The position numbers and the translations under genes were made by a program. Below the pieces are notes generated by a model. It was not told where the DNA came from and did not search any database. It saw only the letters and a program-made list of their open reading frames with translations. Positions 39,748 through 50,124 of a DNA stretch of 64,000 nucleotides are shown here, one piece after another. The stretch's first letter is position 1; every line of letters begins with the position of its first letter. The DNA lies in assembly GCA_902780175.1 (NCBI GenBank), contig CACZEU010000003.1, positions 8,979-72,978 of the forward strand, given 5' to 3'. The DNA is from an uncultured Bacteroidia bacterium (GTDB lineage Bacteria; Bacteroidota; Bacteroidia; Bacteroidales; UBA932).

Positions 39748-41595
39748 GACAAAGCTGCGGACGCTCCGCATCCGCGTCTCCTGATGAACGACACGGAAAA
39801 GAAAACCTTGCGGAAACACATCCGGTGCAATAGGGATATCGCCCTGCTGCACAAGTCCATACTTTCGCATGCGGACGAATGTGTGACGGATACCGTACAG
39901 CTTTCCTACAGGCTGGATGCCTCCGGGGTGCGGCTGCTTGAGCAGTCCCGGTATGCGCTCGAAAGGATATTCTTCTGCGCCTATGCCTGGAGGATGACGG
40001 GCAAGGACAAATATCTTTCCCGGGTCCGGGAGGATATCCTCACCGTCTGTGCCTTCCAGGACTGGCATACTGAGCATTTCCTCGACACCGGGGAAATGGC
40101 CCTGGCCGTAGCCATAGGACTTGACTGGTGCTGGAAAGGCCTCCCGGCAGAAGTCCGGGATGAAGCCGCAGCCGCCCTTGAACGCTTTGCCCTCAGCCAA
40201 TACAAGGGGCAATGGTTCACCACCCAGGAAACCAACTGGAACCAGGTGTGCTACTGCGGCCTGGTGGCGGCGGCCGTCGCCGCATATGAGCGGTATCCTC
40301 AGGTCAGCCGTGAACTGCTCGAAACTGCCGTGGCCGACAACCGGAAAGCGATGAAAATGTACGGTCCCGACGGTATCTATCCCGAAGGGTACATCTACTG
40401 GTCGTACGGGACCGGATTCGAGGTGATGCTGCTCGAGATACTGAGAGGGGTTTACCGGTCCGATGCGGGCCTCTCCGATGCGCCGGGCTTCATCGAATCC
40501 GGTTCATTCATGAAGTATATGATCGGCACATCGGGCAGGAGTTTCAATTACTCCGACAGCGACGAGGAGCAGGTTCCCCTTTATGCGATGTGGTGGTTTG
40601 CGGCCCGTCAGTCGCGGCCGGACCTTCTGGAAAACGAGATCGCCCTGCTTCGCGGCGGGAAGTACTTCACAGACCGGGACTGGATGCGATTCGCCCCTTT
40701 TGCCGCCTGCATGGCCTCCAAATTCACCGTCTCACGCGGAAAACCCGGTACGGACGGGAAAAAATTGTTCTCCGGAAACGGCCCCGTCCCCGTCGTGCTG
40801 ATCCGTACGGGATGGAAGGGCTCGCAGGATGAGCGGTATCTGGCGTTCAAAGGAGGAAGCGCATCCGACAACCACGGACACATGGATGCAGGATCCTTTG
40901 TGTACGATGCCTTCGGCCTGAGGTGGGCCTGCGACCTGGGCACCCAGCCGTATGCTGATGTGGAGAAGGCGTTCAACAAATACAAAAAGAGCTTCTGGAG
41001 CATGAAGCAGAAATCCTGGCGCTGGAAGGTGTTCCGCATGGGTAATACGGCGCACAACACCCTTACGGTCGGCTCCATGCAGCATTGCGTCGGCGGCAGG
41101 GCGACGATTTCCGGCGTCATTGACACGGACGCGGCCAGAGGCGGAGTCATCGACCTTTCCGAAGTATTTCAGGGACAGCTTTCTTCCGCCCGCAGGAAAA
41201 TACTGCTTCTCGACAATGACTCGCTTCTTGTCGCGGACACCGTCCGGTCCCTTCCGGACGCCCCTGCCGACATTCAGTGGCGGATGGTCACGGACGCTTC
41301 TCCCCGTATAACGGACGAAGGAATACTCCTTGAGCAGGGCGGATACCGTATGCTCCTCTACGTGGCCTCCGACGACCCTTCCGTCACCGTGGAGTACAGG
41401 ATCTGGCCGGCCGCCGGTACCGAGGAATGGGATGTCCCCAACCCCGGCAAAAGCATCGTGGGATACTCTGTCCGCATCCCCGCCGGGCAGTCCTGCACCG
41501 TCAGCGTATCCTTGAGCAGACGTTTTCCATGCAGCCCGGACATCAAAAAAAGCCCTCTGCCAGACTTCCGGCAGAGGGTTTCTAAGAGTGTGTAA
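39664..41595 (+). CDS. Heparinase II/III-like polysaccharide lyase
   Basis: Signal peptide from ATG 39664; HPRLL, HFLDTGEM, NWNQVC, YPEGYIYWSYG, NHGHMDAGSF, AHNTL. PL family not determined. Confidence 0.85.
   Translation: MKKSVSIFLAMLAALTVNARSASCNPDWDKAADAPHPRLLMNDTEKKTLRKHIRCNRDIALLHKSILSHADECVTDTVQLSYRLDASGVRLLEQSRYALERIFFCAYAWRMTGKDKYLSRVREDILTVCAFQDWHTEHFLDTGEMALAVAIGLDWCWKGLPAEVRDEAAAALERFALSQYKGQWFTTQETNWNQVCYCGLVAAAVAAYERYPQVSRELLETAVADNRKAMKMYGPDGIYPEGYIYWSYGTGFEVMLLEILRGVYRSDAGLSDAPGFIESGSFMKYMIGTSGRSFNYSDSDEEQVPLYAMWWFAARQSRPDLLENEIALLRGGKYFTDRDWMRFAPFAACMASKFTVSRGKPGTDGKKLFSGNGPVPVVLIRTGWKGSQDERYLAFKGGSASDNHGHMDAGSFVYDAFGLRWACDLGTQPYADVEKAFNKYKKSFWSMKQKSWRWKVFRMGNTAHNTLTVGSMQHCVGGRATISGVIDTDAARGGVIDLSEVFQGQLSSARRKILLLDNDSLLVADTVRSLPDAPADIQWRMVTDASPRITDEGILLEQGGYRMLLYVASDDPSVTVEYRIWPAAGTEEWDVPNPGKSIVGYSVRIPAGQSCTVSVSLSRRFPCSPDIKKSPLPDFRQRVSKSV
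41545..41579 (-). terminator. Intrinsic terminator of the ribose operon
   Basis: Minus strand ACCCTCTGCC-N8-GGCAGAGGGC-TTTTTTT, about 19 nt after the stop at 41598. Confidence 0.8.
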
Positions 41596-41597
41596 GC

Positions 41598-42335
41598 TTA
41601 CTTCGAGATGAGCTCCCAGGAGTACTCGTAGATTTCGGGGTCGCCACCATCGTAGACTTTGTTGACTTTGGTTACAAAGCCGTCCTCGTCCTTCTCATAG
41701 GTGTGGACTGCGATAGCCTCGCTGCCTTCCCATGCTGCCTGGTCAAGCAGATGCTTGGAAGCCTTTCCGCACATGCCGACTTCGAAGATCCAGCGGTCTA
41801 CACCTGCCTTGTCGGAAGCGTCGGCGAAGATGCCGGCCACGTTCTCGTCCTCAAGGAAGCTCTGGATTTTCCACTCCTCGGTGTTGTCGTCCTTGATGCG
41901 GGACCACTTGGTGAGGTCGCCGTTTGACCAGACGCAGTTGGCTTTGACTGCATTGTCCTTGTCTGTGCGGACAATCTTGGTGAGATAATTCTCGCTGTCG
42001 TAGGTGAAGCCCCATGTGTCGCCCCATTCGTTGGCCCAGGTGCTGAGGTAACCATTGTCACCGAGGGTGAAAACCCAGTTGCCTTTCTCTTCACCTTCCT
42101 TGACATACTTGGCGGTGCCGACGTTGCCGGACCATGTGAATGTCCAGGTACGCTCGCCTTCGTTACGGTTTACGAGGGTGAGTTTGCCGTCTGTTCCATA
42201 AGTGAAAGCATACTTGTCCCACTGGTCGCCGCACATGGTGAGGCGCTTCTGAATCTTGGGTTCAGGAATTTTTTCGCAAGAAAGAGCAAGTGCTGCTACT
42301 GCCAGAGAGGCGAATGCAATGATGATTTTTTTCAT
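41598..42335 (-). CDS. Beta-rich surface lipoprotein (DUF4595/YD-like repeats)
   Basis: LALSC lipobox; FTYGTDGKLT, FTYDSENYLT, WSNGDL, YEKDEDGFVT. Confidence 0.6.
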   Translation of the reverse strand: MKKIIIAFASLAVAALALSCEKIPEPKIQKRLTMCGDQWDKYAFTYGTDGKLTLVNRNEGERTWTFTWSGNVGTAKYVKEGEEKGNWVFTLGDNGYLSTWANEWGDTWGFTYDSENYLTKIVRTDKDNAVKANCVWSNGDLTKWSRIKDDNTEEWKIQSFLEDENVAGIFADASDKAGVDRWIFEVGMCGKASKHLLDQAAWEGSEAIAVHTYEKDEDGFVTKVNKVYDGGDPEIYEYSWELISK

Positions 42336-42352
42336 GATGGTAATAATTAAGG

Positions 42353-43858
42353 TTAATAAGAAATATAGGATTTAATTGACTGTAGGCTTTTGTTCAGATT
42401 ATAAATGGACGAAGAACTCCCGTTCACTATGCGGTACTCGAACTCTGCGCCGTTTCGCTTGCAGGCATAGTAGAGTCTGTCCATGTCCAAGTAGTTTGCA
42501 TCGACGTCTGTGCCAGCAAAATAGATTGCCTGGCCCTCGCTGACGTTGAGGGATTCGCCAATTGACGGGTTCAGGTAATAACTGCGGGCGAAAGTGTCTG
42601 AAGGAAGGGCCAGTGCGGGTGAAGCTCCCGCCTCGACACCCAACACATACCGCTTTGAGCAGGGGTATGCGGCTTCCCATTCCGCCATCCATTCGGTCAG
42701 GCTCTTCCGGGAGATGTCGCATGGCAGCAAAGCATATGCACTGCTTGAAGAAGAACTCTGAAGGGTATGCATCAGTGCCTTCAGCTCTGCTTCCGGAAGA
42801 TTGTCGTGCGAGATGAACAAGGCGGTGCCGTCGCCTTTTTCTTTGTAGGCGGCGGACAGGAAGGAGCCGTCAGAATTAACCTCCGCGACGGCAGGAGAGT
42901 CTCCTGGCTCCTCTACGGGAGACCACAGCCTGCCGCCATTCATGTAGTAATCAAACATGGGCAGAACCTCATCCAGAGCAGGCATCCAGACGGAGGAACT
43001 GTGGCCTCCGTTCACTACGCGATATTCGTGTTCATAGCCGTTGTCGCGCATGACGCAATGGAGCTCATCGTTGGCATACAGCAGGTTCTCTTCGTTGTCG
43101 CCACATATCAGATACCAGTGGACGGTGGAGAGGGAACTCTTGTTTTCCTGGTTGAAATAGTACAGGGGGCAGTGCTGCTTGTAATATTCGGTGATGCGCC
43201 CGTCGCCAGCCTGGCCGTAGCCACCGAAGATCTTTCCCCACTGGTTGTTCCAGCCGTCCTGGGACTCTTCCTTGTACTGCCAGTCGGTCCTGACGGACAT
43301 GGAAAGGGGAGCGCAGGCGATGAACATCTCAGGATGCTTCTCGGCCAGTGCGATTGCCCCGAATCCTCCCATGGAATAGCCGGTTATGGCGCGGTGCTCC
43401 CTGTCGGCGACAGTCCTGAAACTCTTGTCGATGAGAGGAATGAGTTCCTGGACGAACATGTCCATGAAACTGAAGGTCCCGTCGTAGCGGTTGCAGTAGT
43501 AGGAGCTGTAGCCCTGGGGGAACACGTAAATCATTTCTCCCAGGCCCTTCTCCGTCCAGCTATCTATTTTGTTGTTGGCGTGCAGGTAGTTGCCGTTCCA
43601 GGAGTTATTGTCATCTCCTATTCCGTGAAGCATATATACGACGGGGTAGCGCTTGTCTTTGTCTGTGTTGTAGCTTGCAGGGAAGTACACGGAGTACTTG
43701 ACGCTGACGCCCAGTATCTTGCTGCTCAGGACATTGTCTTTGGAATAACGCTGGAAGGCGGCAGGATCCACATCGGGCAGGTCGGGCTTATTCTGGCTGC
43801 AGCTGCATGATGACAGCAACAACGTGAGGGTCAAAAAGAACAGCATTTTACTCTTCAT
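42353..43858 (-). CDS. Alpha/beta-hydrolase esterase lipoprotein (CE1-like) with degenerate second domain
   Basis: YPVVYMLHG, RAITGYSMGG, CGD, GGH triad motifs. Confidence 0.85.
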   Translation of the reverse strand: MKSKMLFFLTLTLLLSSCSCSQNKPDLPDVDPAAFQRYSKDNVLSSKILGVSVKYSVYFPASYNTDKDKRYPVVYMLHGIGDDNNSWNGNYLHANNKIDSWTEKGLGEMIYVFPQGYSSYYCNRYDGTFSFMDMFVQELIPLIDKSFRTVADREHRAITGYSMGGFGAIALAEKHPEMFIACAPLSMSVRTDWQYKEESQDGWNNQWGKIFGGYGQAGDGRITEYYKQHCPLYYFNQENKSSLSTVHWYLICGDNEENLLYANDELHCVMRDNGYEHEYRVVNGGHSSSVWMPALDEVLPMFDYYMNGGRLWSPVEEPGDSPAVAEVNSDGSFLSAAYKEKGDGTALFISHDNLPEAELKALMHTLQSSSSSSAYALLPCDISRKSLTEWMAEWEAAYPCSKRYVLGVEAGASPALALPSDTFARSYYLNPSIGESLNVSEGQAIYFAGTDVDANYLDMDRLYYACKRNGAEFEYRIVNGSSSSIYNLNKSLQSIKSYISY

Positions 43859-45356
43859 CATATACTACCATTTCAGATGCATAGAGTTCGTAGTCCGGGT
43901 GGGGATTGTCCAGACGGAGGGTGAGGATGTGCTCTCCGCTTCCGAAGCCGTAGGCGGAGAAGATTTCGTACTTGCGGGTGATATAGTCGACCGGCATATT
44001 GAAATGCTCGATCTCGGTGCCGTCCAGCAGCGCGGTGACGGACGCCACGTAGGAGTCGTCGGCGTGCCCGGTCTTGCGCACGCTGCCCTCCACCACAATG
44101 CCGCTGCCTTTGAAACTGAGGTCCGCGCTTGTGGTGAACGCCTTCTTGAGGACCCGTTTTTCAACGGGGGCGATCCCCTCGAAGCTCTGTTCGTACCTGA
44201 CGCACTGAGGTGTCTCCACATCTATATAAATACCGTCACCCCCCTGATTCTTGCATGCGGACAGATTTTTTATCAGCTTGAAGTTTTCCTGGCACACCTG
44301 CTCGAGGCTCAGGGTGGTGTAGGGGAAGGGGATGTCCTTGATGCGCTCCGCTCCCTTCTTCCAGTATTCAGGGATGGCGTCGTAACCGTACATCACGCCG
44401 AGTATGCCGGCGGCCGACGCCGGATTGCAGTCGGAATCGTTGCCGCAGCGTGTGGAAATGTCCATCGTCCTGAGGAAATCGCCCCCGCCGTACAGGAGTC
44501 CGATAACCACGAACGCCGAGTTGACGGTGGCGTCGATGTTGAAACCGTTCCAGACGCCCTCCGGGCAGCCCACGTCATTGGCGTGGCGGTTCGTGACCTC
44601 GAACCAGCACTGCTTCCAGTCCTTCGGATACTTCTTCCAGTACTTGATGACGTCGGAGATGGTACTGTGGAATTTGGTCCCCTCCGGGATGGTCTTCAGC
44701 GCCTCCGTGACGACGGTGGGAATGTCGTCGCACACATAGGCGAGGCAATACATCGCGCCGATGAATACGCCGCCGTACCATCCGTCGCCGTAGTTCATGA
44801 TGTGGCCGATGCGGTCGCTCAGTTCCGATGCCTTGTTGACCTGCCCGGGATAGAGCATGCCGATGAAATCCGCCTCGATCTGGAAATCGATGTCGTCTGC
44901 GTGAGGATTGTACTTCCAGTGGCCGCTTTCCGGTGCGCCGCGCCCGTTGAGGATGTTGTAGCGCGCCGCCTGGTTGGCATGCCAGAGTTTGTAGTCGGCA
45001 TAGGCGAAGGCCTTGGCATATTCCTCCACCGGGGCGTCCAGGCCGAAACGCATCATGGTTTCCATGAAGGTGAGGTCCATGTAAACGTCGTCGTACAGGC
45101 CCGGGTCTTCGATGTAGGTGTCGTAGATGTAGTCGTCGTACCAGGGGATGGGAATGTCATCCATTATCAGGCCGCCCTTGTATTTGAACTCCGTGGGGCC
45201 TCCGTAGGTGCAGCCTATAGTCTGGCCGTACCAGCCGCCCTTGATCTTGTCCATGAGGGTGGCGTCGTCCATGGTGACCGTCCCGCCGTAAGGCACCCTG
45301 GAGGTGCAGGCGCTAAGGAGCAGGAGGGCGCTAATTATGGTAATAGACGTCTTCAT
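43848..45356 (-). CDS. ADP-ribosylglycohydrolase-family lipoprotein
   Basis: DKIKGGWYGQTIG, YDDVYMD, HADDIDFQIEADF, GNDSDCN. Confidence 0.85.
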   Translation of the reverse strand: MKTSITIISALLLLSACTSRVPYGGTVTMDDATLMDKIKGGWYGQTIGCTYGGPTEFKYKGGLIMDDIPIPWYDDYIYDTYIEDPGLYDDVYMDLTFMETMMRFGLDAPVEEYAKAFAYADYKLWHANQAARYNILNGRGAPESGHWKYNPHADDIDFQIEADFIGMLYPGQVNKASELSDRIGHIMNYGDGWYGGVFIGAMYCLAYVCDDIPTVVTEALKTIPEGTKFHSTISDVIKYWKKYPKDWKQCWFEVTNRHANDVGCPEGVWNGFNIDATVNSAFVVIGLLYGGGDFLRTMDISTRCGNDSDCNPASAAGILGVMYGYDAIPEYWKKGAERIKDIPFPYTTLSLEQVCQENFKLIKNLSACKNQGGDGIYIDVETPQCVRYEQSFEGIAPVEKRVLKKAFTTSADLSFKGSGIVVEGSVRKTGHADDSYVASVTALLDGTEIEHFNMPVDYITRKYEIFSAYGFGSGEHILTLRLDNPHPDYELYASEMVVYDEE

Positions 45357-46840
45357 TTGGTTTCTCGCTATAGTATTGGATGGCGTTTATCCGCAGGAGG
45401 TAAGTGTCCGGACGGGGGTTCTTCCAGACCATCTTCACGTTGTGGCGGCCCTCCGGGAGACAGTATTTCCAGGCGGGCTCCAGTTTGCGGGACGTGCCCT
45501 TCATGGGGAGGAGGGACACCTGGTCCAGGGCGCCGTCTATCCAGACTTCGATCTCTGCCACATAGGGGTCGTCCTCCTCTGCAAGGGCGAAGACTTCGCT
45601 TCCCACGTGCTTCTTGCTCACGCGGTTGGCATAGTCTGCCGTGATGCCGCGCAGGCACACCAGGTTGCCCCAGATCACGAAGCCGTTGCCGGAGAAGTCG
45701 AACTCGTAGGTGTCTGACATCCATGCGTCTTTCTGGTCCCTGTAGATGGATGAGCTGCAGGGCCTGGCCGTAACTGTACCGGGAGCCCTTCTCGAGGGAA
45801 ACGTCGGTTCCTTCGAAATCGAGGTCCCATATCTCCATGACGGGGTCTTTCCAGAACGACGGCATCTTTTCGAGGCCGAGGACTACTCCCAGGACGCCTC
45901 CTACGGTAGCAGGATTGCAGTCTGAATCCTGACCGCAGCGGGTGGCGATTTCGAGGGACTTCCCGAAGTCGCCTCCTCCGTAAAGAAGGCCCATGGTCAC
46001 GTACGCGGAGTTGATCTTTGCGTCTATGTTGAAACTCAGGAAAACGCCCTTGGGGCAGCCCGTATCGCGGTCCCACTTCTTGAGAAGTTCGAACCAGGCC
46101 TGTTTCCAGTCTGCCGGATACTTCCTGTGAAGCAGGCGCACGTCGTTCACGCACTGCCAGAAGGTGCTCTCCTGCGGGATGCCTTCCAGGGCCATGTCCA
46201 CTATCTTTGCGGGATCGCTTTCGATGAACGCCGCGCTGTAGAGCCCTGCCACGTATGCGCCGCCGTAGAAGCCGTCGCCGCTGTTCATGATATGCCCTAC
46301 CCGCTCTGCGATGTCAAGCGCCTGCGGAATCATTCCGGGGGCCATCAGGCCGACGAAATCGGCTTCTATCTGGAAGTCCAGGTCGTCGGCGTGGGGGTTG
46401 TTGAGCCAGCTGCCGGACGCCGGGGGCATGATGCCCTGGCGCACGTTGTAGCGGCCCGCCTGGTTGGCGTGGGCAAGATGATAGGGAGCGTAGGCGAAAC
46501 GCATGGCGAGTTCTTCGGACGACGCATCCAGCCCCAGCTGCTCGAAGGCCTCGGCGAAGGTGAGGTCGTTGTACACGTCGTCGAAGAGGCCGGGCTTGCG
46601 GTCCCACCAGTGCTTCACGTAGCCCTCGCCCCAGGAGATGGGGATATTGTCCGGAATAAGGGTTCCGGTAAACTTGAATTCCGTGGGAGCGCCGTACACC
46701 ACGCCTATGGTCTGGCCTGCCCATCCGCCACGTATCTTGTCCATCAGCGCATCCTTGCCGAGGGTTACGCTATCCGGAGCCTTGGGGGCGGAACATGCGG
46801 CGCAGAGCGCCAGGAGGAGCAGTATGCTACTTCGCTTCAT
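45331..46840 (-). pseudogene. ADP-ribosylglycohydrolase-family lipoprotein, frameshifted near 45745
   Basis: Catalytic domain intact (DKIRGGWAGQ, FDDVYND, GQDSDCN). The C-terminal domain (IYRDQKDAWMSDTYEFDFSGNGF...) is in another frame (45331-45720 ORF). Confidence 0.8.
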
Positions 46841-48590
46841 AAACCTGGAGTTCCGTTATCGATATGAATGCAGATACGCTCTTGGTGTACTTGTGCCAGT
46901 GGATCAGGACGGCGTCGTCGCCGATGACGCGAATGGCCTTCGTGGTGACCTTGGGGAAGGTGAAGACGAACTCGCCGTTGTGGGGCTGGAAGAACACCTC
47001 GTCGCTGAATGGCCAGTCGGGGGTGACGTCGGCCTCTATGGGCACCCAGTTGCCGTCTTCATCCATATATTCCGGATGGAGGTTGCTGTACCAGCCGCCG
47101 AACTCCTCCAGCGGGCCGTAGTGGAACGAGATCATGTCCGTCGTGACGGGCTCGTCCCAGCGGTAGCCGAAGAAGTCCTGCTTGGGTGCGTTGGACTTGC
47201 TTCCCAGCGAGTAGAATGCGGCTCCGGGGCCTCCGGTTACGCCGTCATTGATTACATCTACGGTGTAGGCCCTGTAACTCACCGGGATGGTAAGCCAGCA
47301 GGAGTCCAGGGTGGCGCGGTCCGTCTCGCGTGTAAGTGCGAGTATTTCGGCGGCATCGGGAGCAAGGTTGCGTCCGCGTTTTTCCGGAAGGGTAAACGTT
47401 GCGGCGGCCTCTTTTGCCGGAACGAACCGGGCCCTGGGGTTGACGGTATAGACCTTCTCCCCGTTCTCTTCGCGCACCTTGCCGCCGCGGGCGAGGATAT
47501 TCTTCTCCGTCAGCACCGTGGTACGCTCGATGATGTCTTCGATGGAGGCGTCCGGCATGTCGTAGCGGGTTACGTTGATGTAGCGGTCGTTGAACGGCTT
47601 GGTCCAGTGCTCGAAAGGCATCGCGCGGTCCATGGGGACGCTCTCCACGCCGTTGATGACGCCGAGCAGGCCGCAGATGGTCGCCGTCTGGTTGTCGCAG
47701 TCGAAGCCCAGGGCGCAGCCGATCAGGAGGGTTTTCTCGATGTCGCCGTCTCCGTAGAGGAGGGAGAGGATGCCCATCGCGCCGTTGAGGTCGGCGTTCC
47801 AGATGCTCTTGGTGATGTCGGGTTCGTTGACGTATAGTTCATCGGCAATCACCTTGCGGGAGGCCTTCCAGTCGTCGGGATACTTCTGCCAGAGCCCGAG
47901 GCACTCGTCGATGATGCCGCGGAAGCGGTCCCCCTTGGGGAGATACTCCTTGGCGTGGCGGACCAGCGTGGGTATGTCGCTCTCGAAGAATGCTTCGGAA
48001 TACATGGCGCCATATACGACGGTGGGGGAGGCCGCCCAGTCGTCGGACGTTATGCGTGCCGCCCAGTCGGATATGCCTGCAGCATATGCCGGCATGCCGG
48101 GGGCCGTGTACGCCCAGATCTCGTTGATGAGCTGGGGGTCGATCTGGAACCAGTGGGGATTGTACTCCTTCTTGCCGGTATAAGGCGGGGTGAAGCCATA
48201 GTGCATAAGGCCGAGGGCTGCGCGGTTTGCAAGCCACACCCTGTCGCGGATGTGGTACATCCAGCTTTCCTTGACCTGGGCGTACGTCGGGTCCACGCCG
48301 TACTTTTCCATCATGAGGAGATAGAGGTACTCTACGTCCGTGTCGTCGTCGGAGAAGGCTCCGTCCACTGCGGTCATTTTCTTTATGGCCTTGTTGAAGA
48401 CGAACGGACCCTCGCCGGGCTCATCCACGAACTTGTTTTCGTATTCAAGTCCGTAGATGTTGCCCACCATCTGGCCGAGCCAGGCACCGGCAATCTTGTC
48501 CTTGAGCTGCGTGCGTGTTATCTCCAGCGGCTTCTGGGCGCAGGAAGCCATCATCAGGGCAAGTAATGCTATATGTATGAGTCTTTTCAT
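46827..48590 (-). CDS. ADP-ribosylglycohydrolase-family lipoprotein with C-terminal beta-sandwich
   Basis: DKIAGAWLGQMVG, FSDDDTD, GFDCDN. Confidence 0.85.
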   Translation of the reverse strand: MKRLIHIALLALMMASCAQKPLEITRTQLKDKIAGAWLGQMVGNIYGLEYENKFVDEPGEGPFVFNKAIKKMTAVDGAFSDDDTDVEYLYLLMMEKYGVDPTYAQVKESWMYHIRDRVWLANRAALGLMHYGFTPPYTGKKEYNPHWFQIDPQLINEIWAYTAPGMPAYAAGISDWAARITSDDWAASPTVVYGAMYSEAFFESDIPTLVRHAKEYLPKGDRFRGIIDECLGLWQKYPDDWKASRKVIADELYVNEPDITKSIWNADLNGAMGILSLLYGDGDIEKTLLIGCALGFDCDNQTATICGLLGVINGVESVPMDRAMPFEHWTKPFNDRYINVTRYDMPDASIEDIIERTTVLTEKNILARGGKVREENGEKVYTVNPRARFVPAKEAAATFTLPEKRGRNLAPDAAEILALTRETDRATLDSCWLTIPVSYRAYTVDVINDGVTGGPGAAFYSLGSKSNAPKQDFFGYRWDEPVTTDMISFHYGPLEEFGGWYSNLHPEYMDEDGNWVPIEADVTPDWPFSDEVFFQPHNGEFVFTFPKVTTKAIRVIGDDAVLIHWHKYTKSVSAFISITELQVYEAK

Positions 48591-48592
48591 CC

Positions 48593-50113
48593 TTACTTAA
48601 GGTTTGGATTGGCTGCGATTGCTGTCTTGGGAATGGGGAGGATAAGGTCCGATGCATCCTTGGCAGGCTTTGCCCACCAGGCATCCAGGAACTTGTCAAA
48701 ACGTATCATATCCTGACGCGACCATCCTTCGATGGCGAGTTCGTGCGCCCTCTCCCAGTACAGATTGTCCAGGGTGAGTTCCGCTGCCGTCATGGGCTCG
48801 AGCCCGGCACGCCGGCGAATGGACTTGAAATCGGCCACTTCAGCGGCCTGGGACGTTTTGCCCTGACGGACCAGCGCTTCTACGTACATCAAGACCACAT
48901 CTGCATAGCGGATGAGGAAGAAATCGTTGTCCATGCCAACCTGCCCGCCGGTAAGACGGCCGTCGCTCTGGTATGTCCATTTACCGATTCGGGCTCCCTG
49001 GAGGGCATCCCTGCGTGCATCTTTGCCGTAGACGCTTTCAGGCATGTCGGGGTCTATGATGTAAGGGACGCCGTCGGAATACTCTATGGGGTTGCCGTCC
49101 TTGTCGTACATCTGTCCGAAGAGCCAGGTGTCTTTCTTGCGGGTGTCGGCAGGGTCGTAACTTGCCAGGAAATCAGGTTCCCCGCAGAGTCCGTCCCAGG
49201 CCTGGGCGTTGATTCCAAAGGGCGTGCACAGGTCTGCAGGAAGGGTGGACATATAGATAATGAAGGCGTTGTGGTCCGAAGTGGTGTATACCGTGCTGTA
49301 GGGAATTGCAAGGATCTGCTCGGGACTGTTTTCGTTGTTGACGCAGAAATTGTCTTTGTAATGGTCTGCAAGCCGGTATTTGCCGCTGGTTATGATCTCG
49401 TTGCAGACCTCCTCCGCTTCTTTCCATTTAGCGGTTCCTGTCCACTTCTCCGCATTCAGGTACAGCTTGGCCAGGATGGCGTTGGCAGTTCCACGGGTGA
49501 TGCGGCCGTAATAGTCGGGGGTGGGGTCGGTCTGCAGATAGTCGATGTTGCCCGTTATCTCGTCCTCTATGAACTTGAACATGAAGGCGCGGTCTTTCTT
49601 CTCCGGCAGGTTCTTGTCCTTCTTGCTGACAGAATAGGGGACGCTGCCCCAGTTGTCTATCGCGCAAAGGTAGTAATATGCCCTGAGCACCTTGACCTCG
49701 GCCACCACGCGGTTCTTGGCGTCGAAATCTTTTTCTACGCTTTCGAACATGTCAAGGACGTCGTTGCAGGCAGTGATGCCGTTGAAGCAGTACTCCCATG
49801 CCATTTCCAGAAGCCGGTTGCTGCTGGAAATGCTGTGGACGTGCACTTCGTTGTAACGTCCGTCGTCCCACCAGCCTCCATTCGGATTGACGGGGACGCA
49901 CACTTCGTTTGTGTTCTGTATGACGAAGGTCCACAGGCTTTTCTCGGTACCCCAGTGCTGGAGGGAAGAATATGCCCTGGCTGAATACTTCACGAACTGC
50001 TCTTCAGTCGTGAAGAAGTTTTCCTTGGAAATCTTGGAATAAATCTGCTCGTCCAGGTTGGTGCAGGCTGCCAGAAGGACGACTCCCAATATTGTTGATA
50101 ATGCCTTTTTCAT
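48593..50113 (-). CDS. susD: SusD-family lipoprotein
   Basis: LLAAC; LRAYYY, LAKLYLN, IRYADV, ERAHELAIEG, LPIP. Confidence 0.95.
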   Translation of the reverse strand: MKKALSTILGVVLLAACTNLDEQIYSKISKENFFTTEEQFVKYSARAYSSLQHWGTEKSLWTFVIQNTNEVCVPVNPNGGWWDDGRYNEVHVHSISSSNRLLEMAWEYCFNGITACNDVLDMFESVEKDFDAKNRVVAEVKVLRAYYYLCAIDNWGSVPYSVSKKDKNLPEKKDRAFMFKFIEDEITGNIDYLQTDPTPDYYGRITRGTANAILAKLYLNAEKWTGTAKWKEAEEVCNEIITSGKYRLADHYKDNFCVNNENSPEQILAIPYSTVYTTSDHNAFIIYMSTLPADLCTPFGINAQAWDGLCGEPDFLASYDPADTRKKDTWLFGQMYDKDGNPIEYSDGVPYIIDPDMPESVYGKDARRDALQGARIGKWTYQSDGRLTGGQVGMDNDFFLIRYADVVLMYVEALVRQGKTSQAAEVADFKSIRRRAGLEPMTAAELTLDNLYWERAHELAIEGWSRQDMIRFDKFLDAWWAKPAKDASDLILPIPKTAIAANPNLK

Positions 50114-50124
50114 ACCATGCCGGA

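Noticed and set aside
43824-49984. Long plus-strand ORFs (606, 399, 413 aa)
   Set aside because: Shadows of the ARH and susD genes.
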